Origin: an uncultured Candidatus Entotheonella sp.
Lineage (GTDB): Bacteria; Tectomicrobia; Entotheonellia; Entotheonellales; Entotheonellaceae
DNA: 64,000 nucleotides
Assembly: GCA_965215335.1 (NCBI GenBank)
Contig: CBDCDA010000002.1
Coordinates: 608,001 to 672,000, forward strand
Reading direction: 5' to 3'
The notes beneath the pieces are model-generated. The model searched no databases, was not told the DNA's origin, and saw only the letters and a program-made list of their open reading frames with translations. How positions within the stretch are numbered: position 1 is the first letter of the stretch; each line of letters starts with the position of its first letter. Of the stretch, positions 37,519 through 47,833 are shown in pieces. Both the position numbers and the translations under genes were made by a program.

Positions 37519-37868
37519 AGCGATACGACGCGAAGAACCTGACGGGCACGCTGCTCGACGAACAGGCGGTCTTCACCCTGCACGAACTTTGCCGGGCCTG
37601 TGGCGTCCACGCCGAACTGGTCATCGAGATGGTCGAGGAAGGCGTGCTGGAGCCCCGAGGCGGCACCGCCGCCGAGTGGCGCTTTGCGGGCAGCGCGGTG
37701 ACCCGCGCCCAGAAAGCGCTGAACCTCGCGCGCGACCTGCGGGTGAATTGGCCGGGCGCGGCGCTGGCGCTCGACTTGCTGGAAGAGCTGGAGCAACTGC
37801 GTCTTGACCAGCGCGCGGCGAGGCGCCGGGTCGCAGGGATGCGCGGCGCCGGCCACCGGCTGCGTTGA
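37515..37868 (+). CDS. cbpM: Chaperone modulator CbpM (MerR-like)
   Basis: ELCRACG...EMVEEGVLEP...LARDLRVNWPGAALALDLL; downstream of cbpA. Confidence 0.9.
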   Translation: MKRYDAKNLTGTLLDEQAVFTLHELCRACGVHAELVIEMVEEGVLEPRGGTAAEWRFAGSAVTRAQKALNLARDLRVNWPGAALALDLLEELEQLRLDQRAARRRVAGMRGAGHRLR

Positions 37869-37909
37869 AGGGTCATTCAACGAGGAAAAACGAAGATGAG
37901 CACACTGCA

Positions 37910-38860
37910 TCAATTGCTTTCCCCTTTCGCCAGACCCCGCCCCAAGAGCTTGCGCCCGCGCCGGCGCAGCCCGGCGAGCCGGCCGGGAAGCCGGCGCAAG
38001 GTGATCTGACCGGCGCGCTGGCGGACGACCTGCGCGTTGCCAGCCAGCATGTAGACGTGCAGCTTGCGCAGCGCCGCCGGGTCCTGGCCGAACGGCGCCG
38101 CCAGGGCCTGGCGGCGGAACGATTCCCACGTATTCCAGCGGCGCGCCTTGCCGTTGCAGAACAGCACGGCGCCGCCGGCCTCTTGAACCAGCACGGCGCC
38201 AGCTACCATGTCCCACAGGCGTGCGCCGCTGATGACAGCCAGCTGAAACGTGCCGCGCGCCGCGTAGGCGAGCTCGTATGCGATGCTGCCCGCCGAGCGC
38301 ACGTTGAGGCGCTGCACCCTGGCGCCGCGTTGCACGCGGTACTGGTGCAGCATCCAGCCCGGCGTGCTGGCCAGGCGCGTGCCGTCCGGCACGTCGTCCC
38401 TGGCCGCCTGCATGGGCTCGTCGTTGCAACACGCGCCGCCGCCCGCCCGGGCCCGGAAAATCGTGCCGCCCGGACCCTCCCACGGCACCGCAACGACGCC
38501 GAGCACCGGCACGCCGCGAAAGCACAGACCCATGGAGACGGCGAAAGCGGGCAGACCGGCGGCAAAGTTCGTGGTGCCGTCGAGGGGATCCAGGAACCAC
38601 AGGTAATCGGCTCCGGGATTGACGGCGTCTTCGGCTTCCTCGCCGATGATGCCGTGGTCGGGGAAGGCGCGGCTCAGGGCGTTCCGAAGCAGCGCCTCGG
38701 AACGCCGGTCGGCCTCGGTGACCGGCGACTGCTGGCCCTTTTCCTTGAATTCCACCTCGAGGGGGCGCCGGAAGTACGACAGCAGAACGGCGCCAGCCTC
38801 CTGAACGGCCTGCACACACACGGCCTCAGCATCGATCAATACCTGGCGCTCGGCCTGCAT
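37910..38860 (-). CDS. Inositol monophosphatase family protein
   Basis: PVTEADR, IIGEE, WFLDPLDGTTNF, LWDMVAG; start taken at MQAERQ. Confidence 0.9.
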   Translation of the reverse strand: MQAERQVLIDAEAVCVQAVQEAGAVLLSYFRRPLEVEFKEKGQQSPVTEADRRSEALLRNALSRAFPDHGIIGEEAEDAVNPGADYLWFLDPLDGTTNFAAGLPAFAVSMGLCFRGVPVLGVVAVPWEGPGGTIFRARAGGGACCNDEPMQAARDDVPDGTRLASTPGWMLHQYRVQRGARVQRLNVRSAGSIAYELAYAARGTFQLAVISGARLWDMVAGAVLVQEAGGAVLFCNGKARRWNTWESFRRQALAAPFGQDPAALRKLHVYMLAGNAQVVRQRAGQITLRRLPGRLAGLRRRGRKLLGRGLAKGESN

Positions 38861-38876
38861 CGTCGCGGTTTCTCCT

Positions 38877-39377
38877 TCAACCCTCATCGTCCGACGATTG
38901 CGCGCCCGCGCGCCGCAAGCCGTGAAACGTCTCGCGAATGGCATCGGCGGCGACGGCGACGCCGAGGCTGTGCTCGGCCGTTTCCGCGAACTGCGCCTGG
39001 TCATGCAGACGGGCGGCCAGCACCGCCGCCACCTCGGCAATTTCGGCGGCACTCGACGATTCGGCAAAGGCCCGCATGTCAGCGTCCTCGGCATGAGACA
39101 GGCAGTTGCCGACATGCTGCGCCAGCACCGTGTATTCGATACCGCGCTGGTACAACGCCCGCAGCGGCGGCACGTGTCGTCCCAGGTAGCACTGCCCGAA
39201 GTGCAGCACCTTGTAGGGAATGCCCTCGTGCGTCTCGTCCAGCTCGCGGCGCGGCTCCAGGCCGTGTTCCCGCAGGTAGTCCAGCACCCACGGGTCCTCC
39301 GGGTCGGCGCGCTGCCGGTTGAAATACAGCTTGAAGCGCACCATCGTCAGGCCGTTGGGTTCGGTTTCGACAATCAT
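38877..39377 (-). CDS. Hypothetical protein
   Basis: ORF packed between the HAD and IMPase genes on the same strand; start taken at MIVETE. Confidence 0.6.
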   Translation of the reverse strand: MIVETEPNGLTMVRFKLYFNRQRADPEDPWVLDYLREHGLEPRRELDETHEGIPYKVLHFGQCYLGRHVPPLRALYQRGIEYTVLAQHVGNCLSHAEDADMRAFAESSSAAEIAEVAAVLAARLHDQAQFAETAEHSLGVAVAADAIRETFHGLRRAGAQSSDDEG

Positions 39378-39381
39378 CGCA

Positions 39382-40092
39382 CTATCCCTCGCCAGCGCTG
39401 GAGCCGAGCCCCAGGCATTCAAGCACCGCCTGCTGGTCGCTCAGGTCGGCAAAACAGTGGTCCGGCTGATGGGCTTGCAGAGCTTGGAGCGAATAATTTC
39501 CCGTTGCCACCGCCACGGCCCGCACGCCGTGCGCTCGCGCACAGTCGACGTCGCGCGGCGTGTCGCCGATCACAAAGGTGCGCTCTGGCGCGATGTACGT
39601 CACGCAGTACTGCCGGGCACGCAACTGGGCCACCTGCACCAGGGCCTTGCGGTCCTCGTTGTCGCTGCCGTAGGCGCCGATGCGGAAGTAGTGCAGGATG
39701 CCGAACGACTCCAGCTTGAGATGTGCCCCGGTGACGAAATTGCCGGTCAGCAGGCCGAGAACGACGTCCTCGCTGGTCGCAATGGCGTCGAGCAAGCCCG
39801 GCAGCCCCGGCTTGAGGTGGCGCGGGCGGTCGGATTCCTTCAGGGTGTCCTGCAGGTGGCGGACGTAACCGTCGTGAAAGGCCTGCAGGTCGCGTTCGGC
39901 CGGGTCGATGCCGGCGGACTCCCAGGCTTCCCGCAGGATCGCCGGATCGGTCTTGCCGGACATCTCGATGCCGGCAAAGGCGTCCGCAACGCCGTGGATT
40001 TCTTCGAAGGCCCTGCCCATGGCGTCGCCCCCGGCGAAGCCGGTGCTCACGAGGGTGCCGTCGATATCGAAAAGGATGAGTGTCATGCTCAC
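39382..40092 (-). CDS. HAD-superfamily hydrolase
   Basis: LFDIDGTL, LLTGN, VIGDTPRD. Confidence 0.93.
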   Translation of the reverse strand: MSMTLILFDIDGTLVSTGFAGGDAMGRAFEEIHGVADAFAGIEMSGKTDPAILREAWESAGIDPAERDLQAFHDGYVRHLQDTLKESDRPRHLKPGLPGLLDAIATSEDVVLGLLTGNFVTGAHLKLESFGILHYFRIGAYGSDNEDRKALVQVAQLRARQYCVTYIAPERTFVIGDTPRDVDCARAHGVRAVAVATGNYSLQALQAHQPDHCFADLSDQQAVLECLGLGSSAGEG

Positions 40093-40287
40093 CGGATTTC
40101 CCTCCCAAAGGGCCTGTCAATCAAGGCAGATAAATGACGTGGACGCCTATCTAAACCACGCGGTACCGGCGTGTGTCAAGGTTCTTTGGCTGGCGAGCCT
40201 TGCGTCAGGCGCGGAGCTGTCGGTGCCCCGGGCGATCTGCTACCATTTGCGTTTCGCTGATCCGAACCTGCTACCGAAGGGACGACC

Positions 40288-40656
40288 GTGTCCGGAATTC
40301 TTGACCGACTTGTGCAGAACGCCCGCGCCCACCTGCATGACTTCCTGCAACGGCACGTTCTCACAGCGCCCATCGAGGCGCCACGGCAGGACGCCGACGC
40401 CGGGCCGCACGATCCGTGCGGCCCCTTGCCCCGCAACGCCGAACTCGCGGATGCCTACCGGCTCCTCGACCTGCCCTTCGGGGCGCCGCTGGCGGACGCC
40501 AACAGGCGCTGGAAGACTTACCTGAAACGCTGTCATCCAGACCGCTTTCACGCCGACCCGAGCCGACAGACCGAGGCCACCGAACTCACCCAGCAACTGA
40601 ACACGGCCTACGACCTTATCGAAACCGCCTGGAAGAATGCCAGCAGGGCGGATTAG
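40288..40656 (+). CDS. Small J-domain protein
   Basis: AYRLLDL...CHPDRF...LNTAY. Confidence 0.8.
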   Translation: MSGILDRLVQNARAHLHDFLQRHVLTAPIEAPRQDADAGPHDPCGPLPRNAELADAYRLLDLPFGAPLADANRRWKTYLKRCHPDRFHADPSRQTEATELTQQLNTAYDLIETAWKNASRAD

Positions 40657-40699
40657 CGTCGGTGCACTCTGAACGTCACGAAGTCCGGGAGGAAACGCA

Positions 40700-41737
40700 A
40701 TGCCCACTCTGGCACCACGGGAACTGCGGCGGATCGGCACGGACGTCTTGCAGGCCGCCGGGGCGTCCGACGAAGAAGCGCAAATCGTCATGGAGCACCT
40801 GGTGGGAGCGAATCTCGCCGGGCACGACTCGCACGGCATCATTCTGCTGCCCACCTACGTCGCGCGCATCAAGCGGTCCCATATCGTGCCCGGGGCGCCC
40901 ATGCAGGTGGAGCGCGAAACGCCGAACAGCGCCCGCATCAACGGCAACTGGGGTTTCGGCTACGTGGTCACCACGCGGGCCATGGAAATGGCCATCGCCA
41001 AGGCCCGCGAACGGCAGGTGGCGGCCATCACCATCTACCAGCAAAGCCACGTCGGGCGCCTGGCCGATTACCCCCTGATGGCCGCCCGCGCCGGCATGAT
41101 CGGGCTGCTCACCTGCGACTCCGGGCGCGGCCCCAAGGCCGTGGCGCCATACGGCGGGCGCGCGGCGCGCCTCGGCACCAACCCGCTCTCGGTGGCCTTC
41201 CCCAGCGACCTCGAGGGGCCGGTCTTCCTCGACATGGCCACCAGCGCCGTGGCCGCCGGCAAGCTGGCCGTGCGCCGCAGCCGCGGCGAAGCGGCGCCGC
41301 CCGGCTGGGTGATCGACAAGCACGGAAATCCCACCACCGACCTCGGCGTCTACGACGACGGCGGCGCCATCCTGCCCATGGGCGGCGATCAGGCGCACAA
41401 GGGCTTCGTGCTGTCGTTCATGGTCGAAACACTGTCCGGCATTCTCACCGGCCTCGGCTTCGGCATCGACCCGCAAGGGCGGCACAACGACGGCACCTTC
41501 CTGGCCGTGTTCGACGTCGAAGCGTTCCGATCTCTTGCGGAGTTCAAGCGCGACATCGCCGCTTTCGTCGACTACCTCAAGGCCACCCCGCCGGCGGCAG
41601 GCTTCACCGAAGTGCTCTACCCCGGCGAACTGGAATTCCGCACCACGCAGCAGCGCCAACGCGACGGCATCTACGTGGAGGACGCCACCTGGGACCTGAT
41701 TGCCGGGCTGCAGCAGGAGTACGGCCTGAGCGGATGA
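40700..41737 (+). CDS. Ldh_2-family (malate/L-lactate/ureidoglycolate) oxidoreductase
   Basis: GHDSHG, HVGRL, LGTNP, LDMATS, HKGFVL. Confidence 0.92.
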   Translation: MPTLAPRELRRIGTDVLQAAGASDEEAQIVMEHLVGANLAGHDSHGIILLPTYVARIKRSHIVPGAPMQVERETPNSARINGNWGFGYVVTTRAMEMAIAKARERQVAAITIYQQSHVGRLADYPLMAARAGMIGLLTCDSGRGPKAVAPYGGRAARLGTNPLSVAFPSDLEGPVFLDMATSAVAAGKLAVRRSRGEAAPPGWVIDKHGNPTTDLGVYDDGGAILPMGGDQAHKGFVLSFMVETLSGILTGLGFGIDPQGRHNDGTFLAVFDVEAFRSLAEFKRDIAAFVDYLKATPPAAGFTEVLYPGELEFRTTQQRQRDGIYVEDATWDLIAGLQQEYGLSG

Positions 41738-41937
41738 CATGCCCCCGGGCGGTTGCAGCGGCAACGGCAATCATGCAGACTTGTGCGGTCTTGTCGCCAC
41801 CAGCCTGCGGGCAACACGCCTCTCCGCCCCGGAGCCCCGGCGAACAGCGCTGATAGCGGTTTTCGCCTGACAATGTGGCAAACCTGTCCACCTCGCTCTC
41901 CCCGGCGAAAACCAGACATGCGAACGCAAACCGCTAT

Positions 41938-42711
41938 ATGATGCTCGGCGTGCTCACCCAACTCGGCAGTGTCACCCTGGCGCGGCTCGCCGCTCTCGGA
42001 CGAGCCGCGTTCTTTGTCGGGCGGGTGTTGGGGCTTGTCGTCGCGCCGCCGCTGAAGGGGCGCCTCATCGTGCAGCAGATGCACTTCATCGGTGCACGCT
42101 CGGTGTTGGTCATCGCCCTGACGGGCGCCTTCGCCGGCATGGTGCTGGGCCTGCAGGGTTTTCACGTGCTGACGCGGTTCGGCTCCGAGGCGCTGCTCGG
42201 GCAGTTCGTGTCTCTGACCCTGATTACCGAGTTGGGGCCGGTGTTTTCGGCCCTCATGGTGACGGCGCGGGCAGGCTCGGCGATTGCGGCGCAAATCGGC
42301 ATCATGCGCATTACCGAGCAGCTCGACGCCATGACCGTCATGGCCCTGAACCCGCTGCGCTACGTGGCGGTGCCGAACGTCGTGGCGGGCACCCTCGTCA
42401 TGCCGCTTCTCGGCGCCATGTTTTCGGTGATCGGCATTTACGGCGGCTACGTCGCCGGGGTGCTGATCCTCGGCGTCAACGGTGGCACGTACTTCGGCGG
42501 CATCGAGGACGTTGTCGACCTGCAGGACGTGACCAACGGCATGTACAAGTCCCTGTGCTTCGGGCTTGTCGTGCTGCTCGTCTGTTGTTTCAAGGGCTAT
42601 CACGCGGGATACGGCGCCGCGGGCGTGAGCAAGGCGACCACGGAAGCGGTGGTGATCTCGGCAGTGCTGATCCTGGTGCTGGACTACTTCCTCAACACGG
42701 TGCTGCTGTGA
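41938..42711 (+). CDS. mlaE: MlaE-family ABC permease
   Basis: ELGPVFSALMVTARAGSAIAAQIGIMRITEQLDA; GVSKATTEAVV. Confidence 0.92.
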   Translation: MMLGVLTQLGSVTLARLAALGRAAFFVGRVLGLVVAPPLKGRLIVQQMHFIGARSVLVIALTGAFAGMVLGLQGFHVLTRFGSEALLGQFVSLTLITELGPVFSALMVTARAGSAIAAQIGIMRITEQLDAMTVMALNPLRYVAVPNVVAGTLVMPLLGAMFSVIGIYGGYVAGVLILGVNGGTYFGGIEDVVDLQDVTNGMYKSLCFGLVVLLVCCFKGYHAGYGAAGVSKATTEAVVISAVLILVLDYFLNTVLL

Positions 42712-43493
42712 CGGCCGCCGCGCCGCTCATCCGCGCCCAGGGTCTGCGCAAGCGCTTCGGCGCACAGGTGGTGCTGCGGGGCGTGGACCTCGACGTCATG
42801 CCCGGCGAGGTGTTGGCCATTGTCGGCCGCAGCGGCGCCGGCAAGAGCGTGCTGCTGAAAAATCTCATCGGCCTGCTGCAACCCGACAGTGGCTCCGTTG
42901 TGGTGGCGGGCGAGGACCTGCACCGGGCACGGGGACGGCGCCTGTCACGCCTGCGCGAGCGGTTCGGCATGCTGTTTCAGGGCGGCGCGCTGTTCGACTC
43001 GCTCAGCGTCGCCGACAACGTGGCGTTTCCGCTGCGCGAGAAGACGCGGCAGTCAAGGGGTGGACGGGACGAGGCTTGCCAGCCAGTGGCCGAGGTGGTG
43101 ACGGAAATGCTCAGGAGCGTCGGCCTGCAAGGGGTGGACGACAGGTTTCCCGCCGAATTGAGCGGCGGCATGCGCAAGCGGGCCGCTCTGGCGCGGGCGC
43201 TGGCACATCGCCCGGAGATCATGCTGTTCGACGAGCCGACAACCGGCCTGGACCCCATCATGGTGCGGGCCATCCACCGACTCATTGCCGACACCCGACA
43301 GCGTTTTCAGTACACCGCGGTGGTGGTCAGCCACGAGGTGCCAGGAATTTTCGAGATTGCCTCCCGCGTTGCCATGCTGCACGAAGGCGTGTTGTTAGAG
43401 GTCGCTGCGCCGAGCGCCTTCCAGGCGTCCGCCAACCCCGTGGTGCAGCAGTTCATCGCCGGGCGTCTCGAAGGGCCGCTCACGCCTGCGTAG
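42708..43493 (+). CDS. mlaF: MlaF-family ABC ATPase
   Basis: GRSGAGKS, FQGGALFDSL, LSGGMRKR, FDEPTTGLDP. Confidence 0.92.
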   Translation: MTAAAPLIRAQGLRKRFGAQVVLRGVDLDVMPGEVLAIVGRSGAGKSVLLKNLIGLLQPDSGSVVVAGEDLHRARGRRLSRLRERFGMLFQGGALFDSLSVADNVAFPLREKTRQSRGGRDEACQPVAEVVTEMLRSVGLQGVDDRFPAELSGGMRKRAALARALAHRPEIMLFDEPTTGLDPIMVRAIHRLIADTRQRFQYTAVVVSHEVPGIFEIASRVAMLHEGVLLEVAAPSAFQASANPVVQQFIAGRLEGPLTPA

Positions 43494-43521
43494 CGTTGCC
43501 GGGGGTTCATTTGGGGAGAAG

Positions 43522-43965
43522 ATGATGAAGCGACTTCGTCTTGAAGCGGTCGTCGGCCTGTTCGTCGTCGTGGGGCTGGGCTGCCTGGTGTATCTGTCCG
43601 TGCAACTGGCCAGGGTGCAGCTTTTCGGCGGCAACATGTATACGCTGACGGCCGTCTTTCCAACCGTGTCCGGGCTGCGCAGCGGCGCCTCGGTGGAGAT
43701 CGCCGGAGTGACGGTGGGCCATGTGCAGAGCGTCGAGCTGGACGATTTTGACGCCGTGGTTACCCTGCGGCTGCGCAAGGACGTCCAGCTCAGCAAGGAC
43801 GCGATTGTTTCCATCCGCACGCGCGGGTTGATTGGCGAGAAGTATCTGCGCGTCAGCCAGGGCGCCGACGACCGCATGATTCCGGCGGGCGGGCGGGTAC
43901 GGGAAGTCGAGCCGCCGCTCGACTTCGAGGAGATGATTGCCCAGCTTGTCCAGGGGAAAATTTGA
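43522..43965 (+). CDS. mlaD: MlaD / MCE-domain protein
   Basis: N-terminal TM, VSGLRSGASVEIAGVTVGHV, IRTRGLIGEKYL. Confidence 0.92.
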   Translation: MMKRLRLEAVVGLFVVVGLGCLVYLSVQLARVQLFGGNMYTLTAVFPTVSGLRSGASVEIAGVTVGHVQSVELDDFDAVVTLRLRKDVQLSKDAIVSIRTRGLIGEKYLRVSQGADDRMIPAGGRVREVEPPLDFEEMIAQLVQGKI

Positions 43966-43966
43966 G

Positions 43967-45406
43967 ATGATCATGATGTCCGGCAGCAGACCGAAACGTG
44001 TCAGGCCGCACGCTACCTTGATGCTCGTGCTTGTCTTTCTGTCCGTTGCGGTGACTGCGGGACCGGCGCTTGCCAGGACGACCGAGCTGCCGGCCGTCAA
44101 GGTGTTGACGCTCGACGAAGCCGTGGCGCTGGCGGTCCGGAACAGCCCGGAAATCAAGGCCGAACAGTTTGCCGTCCTGGTGCGCCAGAGCCAGCGCGCT
44201 CAAGCGGACGCTGCCCGCTTCGCCCAGGTTGACGTAACCGTCGTCGGCGGCCCGTCGCCGCGGGCGCGCGGCAACCAGTTCGAGTCGCCGGATTCCAAAA
44301 ACGCCGTCGCCGTGTCGGGCGTCTTCGGTCTGGCAACCTTCAATGTCGTCCAGCCGCTCTATGCGTTCGGCAAGATCAACAACCTGCGCGCCGCCGCGAC
44401 TCACGGCATGGCTGTCGAGGAAGCCCGCGTGCACCAGAAGGCGACGGAAGTGGCGATGCTGGTGCGCGAGGCGTATTACGGCTATCTGCTGGCCGTCTCC
44501 CTGGAAAATCTGGCCCTGGAGATCGGCGCGCAGCTCGGCGGCACCCTGAAGAAGGTGCGGCGCCAGCTTGACGCCGGGGTGCCGGGCGTGGACAACGTGG
44601 ACCTGCTCAAGCTGCGCACTTTTCAGGGGCAGCTGGAGAAACAGATGAACGACGTCCGCCAGGGCAAGGCGCTGGCGCTGGCGGGCCTGCGCACCTTGAC
44701 GGGGCTGGAGCCGTCGCTGCCCATTCGACTGGCCGATGCCCGGCTGCAGCCGCTGGAACGCCAGGCGCTGCCGCTCGACGCGTCCCTCAGCGATGCGCAG
44801 CGCCTGCGGCCCGAGTTCGTCCAGGCGCGCGAGGGTATTCGGGCGTTCGAGCGCTTGCTGGCAGCGGCCAGGGCCGATTACTACCCGCTGATTTTCGTGG
44901 GGCTGTTCGGCAGCCTGGCGGAGGCCACGAACCGCAGCCGGCTCAGCAACCCCTTCCTCAACGACCCCCTGATGGACGACGTGCTGGCGCCGGTGGTCGG
45001 CATGCGCTGGCATTTCGACCTGGGCGTGACCGCGGCCAAGGTCGACGAGGTGGCGGCCGAGCTCGGCCAGGTGCAGCAGCAGCATGCCCTGGCAGAGCAG
45101 GGCATCCCCTTTCAGGTCCGGCAGGCGCACCTCGAACTGGAACAGCATCAGGCCAACATCACCGCCACCCGCAAGGCGTTTCGCAGCGGGCGCCAGTGGC
45201 TGGTGGCGGCGGTGGCCAATTTCGACCTCGGCGTTGGCGAGGGCAAGGACGTGGCCGAGGCCGCGGTGGCCTACGCGCAATCGCACGCCGCCTACTTTCA
45301 GGCCGTTTACAATTACAACCTCAGCCTTGCCAAGCTCGACCACCGGGCCGGCCGCGACGTCGCCGCGGTGCGCGAGCACTTGCCGGCGGTGCCGCGGGTG
45401 CGGTGA
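43967..45406 (+). CDS. TolC-family outer-membrane protein
   Basis: Signal peptide, LTLDEAVALAVRNSP, VREAYY, YNYNLSLAKL. Confidence 0.85.
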   Translation: MIMMSGSRPKRVRPHATLMLVLVFLSVAVTAGPALARTTELPAVKVLTLDEAVALAVRNSPEIKAEQFAVLVRQSQRAQADAARFAQVDVTVVGGPSPRARGNQFESPDSKNAVAVSGVFGLATFNVVQPLYAFGKINNLRAAATHGMAVEEARVHQKATEVAMLVREAYYGYLLAVSLENLALEIGAQLGGTLKKVRRQLDAGVPGVDNVDLLKLRTFQGQLEKQMNDVRQGKALALAGLRTLTGLEPSLPIRLADARLQPLERQALPLDASLSDAQRLRPEFVQAREGIRAFERLLAAARADYYPLIFVGLFGSLAEATNRSRLSNPFLNDPLMDDVLAPVVGMRWHFDLGVTAAKVDEVAAELGQVQQQHALAEQGIPFQVRQAHLELEQHQANITATRKAFRSGRQWLVAAVANFDLGVGEGKDVAEAAVAYAQSHAAYFQAVYNYNLSLAKLDHRAGRDVAAVREHLPAVPRVR

Positions 45407-45472
45407 GGCATGGCGTTTGATGAGCAGCGTTCCCTCCCGCCTTGAGGGGAGGGTTGGGGAGGAGGGAAGGAC

Positions 45473-46093
45473 GTGACCATGCTGGGCAGACTGGGGGTCG
45501 GCATCGTGGTTCTGGGCCTGCTGACGGGGGGCGCCGGTGCCGGGGAACCGCTGGAGAAAATTCGCGCCACCGTTGAGGAGGTGCTGGCCGTCCTCGCCGA
45601 CGAAACCCTGCAGACCCCGGAGCGCCAGGCATTGCGCCGCGACAAGCTGCGCCAGGCGGTGTACCAGCGGTTCGGCTTTGCAGAGATGGCCCGGCGCGCC
45701 TTGGGGCGGCATTGGCGGGGCTTGGACGCGAACCAGCAGCAGGAATTCGTCGGGCTGTTCAGCGACCTGCTGGAGCGGTCCTACGTCGGCAAGATCGAGG
45801 GCGCCGGGGCGGGCAGTCAGGTCGCCTACCCCAAGGAAACGATCGATGAGGAGGGCTTCGCCTCGGTTCTGACCGTGATCACCAATCGCCTGGGGTCCCG
45901 GATCGAGGTCGAATACCGCCTGCTGCAGCGCAACGGTAATACGAGCTGGGAAGTGTACGACATCGTCATCGAAGGCGTCAGCCTGATCAACAACTACCGC
46001 ACCCAGTTCAACAACATCATCCATCGAACGTCCTATGACGGCCTCGTGAAGCAACTGCGCCTCAAGAAGGAACAGGAAGAGGCAGCGGATTGA
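45473..46093 (+). CDS. mlaC: MlaC/ttg2D-family phospholipid-binding protein
   Basis: FAEMARRALGRHW, VYDIVIEGVSLINNYRTQF. Confidence 0.92.
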   Translation: MTMLGRLGVGIVVLGLLTGGAGAGEPLEKIRATVEEVLAVLADETLQTPERQALRRDKLRQAVYQRFGFAEMARRALGRHWRGLDANQQQEFVGLFSDLLERSYVGKIEGAGAGSQVAYPKETIDEEGFASVLTVITNRLGSRIEVEYRLLQRNGNTSWEVYDIVIEGVSLINNYRTQFNNIIHRTSYDGLVKQLRLKKEQEEAAD

Positions 46094-46098
46094 CAAGC

Positions 46099-46785
46099 AT
46101 GACGGCGCCACGATTCAAACCGGCGTTTTTTGATTTCCTGCGTGAACTGAAGGCCAACAACGAGCGCTCGTGGTTCGAGGCCAACAAGGCGCGTTACCAC
46201 GCTGACGTGCGTGACCCGATGCTCGATTTCATCGCCGCCTTCGCCGCGCCGCTCGCCGACGTCAGCCCGCATTTCGTGGCCGACCCGAGGGCCAACGGGG
46301 GATCCCTGTTCAGAATCTACCGCGACACCCGCTTTTCCCCCGACAAGACGCCCTACAAGACCAACGCCGGGGCGCATTTCCGCCACGTCGCCGGCAAGGA
46401 CGCGCATGCCCCCGGCTTCTATCTCCACCTGGAGCCGGACTCGTGTTTTGCCGCCTGCGGCGTCTGGCACCCGGACGGCGAGGCATTGGCCCACATCCGC
46501 AACGCCATCGTCGATGACCCCGCCGGCTGGAAACGCATCACCCGTGTCAAAGCCTTCCGCGACACCTTCACGCTGCCGGAACAATCCCTGAAGCGCCCAC
46601 CGCGCGGTTACGACGCCGGCCATCCCCTGATCGAAGACCTGAAACGCAAAGACTTCATCGCGAGCACGGTATTCCACGAAGCCGATGCCACCCATCCCGA
46701 CTTCCTCCAGCGCTTTGCCCACATCGCGCGCCGCGGCGCCGCGTTTGTCGGCTTCCTGTCGCGTGCGGTCGGGGTGCCGTTTTAG
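46099..46785 (+). CDS. DUF2461-family protein
   Basis: FLRELKANNERSWFEANK, FRIYRDTRFSPDKTPYK, LKRPPRGY. Confidence 0.88.
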   Translation: MTAPRFKPAFFDFLRELKANNERSWFEANKARYHADVRDPMLDFIAAFAAPLADVSPHFVADPRANGGSLFRIYRDTRFSPDKTPYKTNAGAHFRHVAGKDAHAPGFYLHLEPDSCFAACGVWHPDGEALAHIRNAIVDDPAGWKRITRVKAFRDTFTLPEQSLKRPPRGYDAGHPLIEDLKRKDFIASTVFHEADATHPDFLQRFAHIARRGAAFVGFLSRAVGVPF

Positions 46786-46870
46786 GCTGCCCGCGTAGCG
46801 GAACTGACTCGGGCTGTCGGGAGCTCAGTTCGCTGATCTTGCCAGGAATCGAGGCGGTGCCACGGCACGC

Positions 46871-47194
46871 TTGCGCGGTCACCTGTTCGAGCGGGCGTGT
46901 TGGCGATACGGCATCGAGCACCGTCTGATGCAGCCCGACCATCCGTGGACCAACGGGCAGGCCGAGCGCCTGAACCGCACGATCGAGGAGGCCACCGTCA
47001 AGCGTTTCCACGACGAGAGTCATGCCCGACTACGCCGCCACCTGGATGACTTTCTGTCGGCCTGCAACTTCGCGCACCGCCTCAAGACCCTGCAGGGTCC
47101 GATGCCCTACGAATACATCTGCAAGGTCTGGACATTGGAGCCGCAAGGATTCAAAATCGATCCATACCATCAAGTCACGGGACCATACAACTAG
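46871..47194 (+). pseudogene. IS481-family transposase, 3' remnant
   Basis: GIEHRL..PDHPWTNGQAERLNRTI.EATVKRFH; ends ...GGACCATACA at 47189. Confidence 0.85.
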
Positions 47195-47199
47195 CCCCG

Positions 47200-47349
47200 A
47201 GGGTTCCCGCACACGCGGGGATAGACCCCCGACCTGGAAAGTGGCACTATCGGGACGTCCAGGGTTCCCGCACACGCGGGGATAGACCGCGCGGATGCGT
47301 CCCGCCGCCTCACGCTCGCCCAGGGTTCCCGCACACGCGGGGATAGACC
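47200..47349 (+). CRISPR. Orphan mini CRISPR array, type I-E-like: 3 repeats, 2 spacers
   Basis: AGGGTTCCCGCACACGCGGGGATAGACC identical at 47200, 47261 and 47322 (period 61); unique 33-nt spacers; hairpin CCCGC-ACAC-GCGGG. Confidence 0.88.
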
Positions 47350-47713
47350 CGGTGAGGTCACGGCCGTGCCGGTTCCAGACGCTCGGCCTGAGGAGCCTGG
47401 GGAAAACAGCTTCGCCAGTGCTCGGCGGCGTAGCGGATGAAGGCACGCTGGAAGCTGGCGTGCCACTGGGCGCAGATGGCCAGGGTGAGGACCTCGCTGT
47501 CGGACAAACCGGGGGGGCTACCGGGTCGCCGGGTCTTGAGGGGGGCGTCATGCTGCTGATAGAAGTCATCGACGATGGTGTACAGTACGCTCAGGAAAGT
47601 GCCCAGGCCCAGGGTCATGGTTAGCCTCCTTCCTCTGCCCCAGGCCCGATCCGGGGTTCAGGGCAGGTTGTGGACGCTGTCCGTTATGCCCCTCGCTAAT
47701 TTGCATCGCACGT
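47350..47713 (-). mobile_element. IS982-like transposase 5' remnant
   Basis: FLSVLYTIVDDFY...RPG..PGLSDSEVLTLA; truncated next to the CRISPR repeat. Confidence 0.65.
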
Positions 47714-47833
47714 CTTGAGGCGAGCCGGTGGGGGAAGGCCATCGCTGCACAAACGACGCCATTCGATACGTAAATGCTCTGACCGGGAAGAAGGTTTTGT
47801 CATGGGATGGACACACAATGACACGGACGGGGT

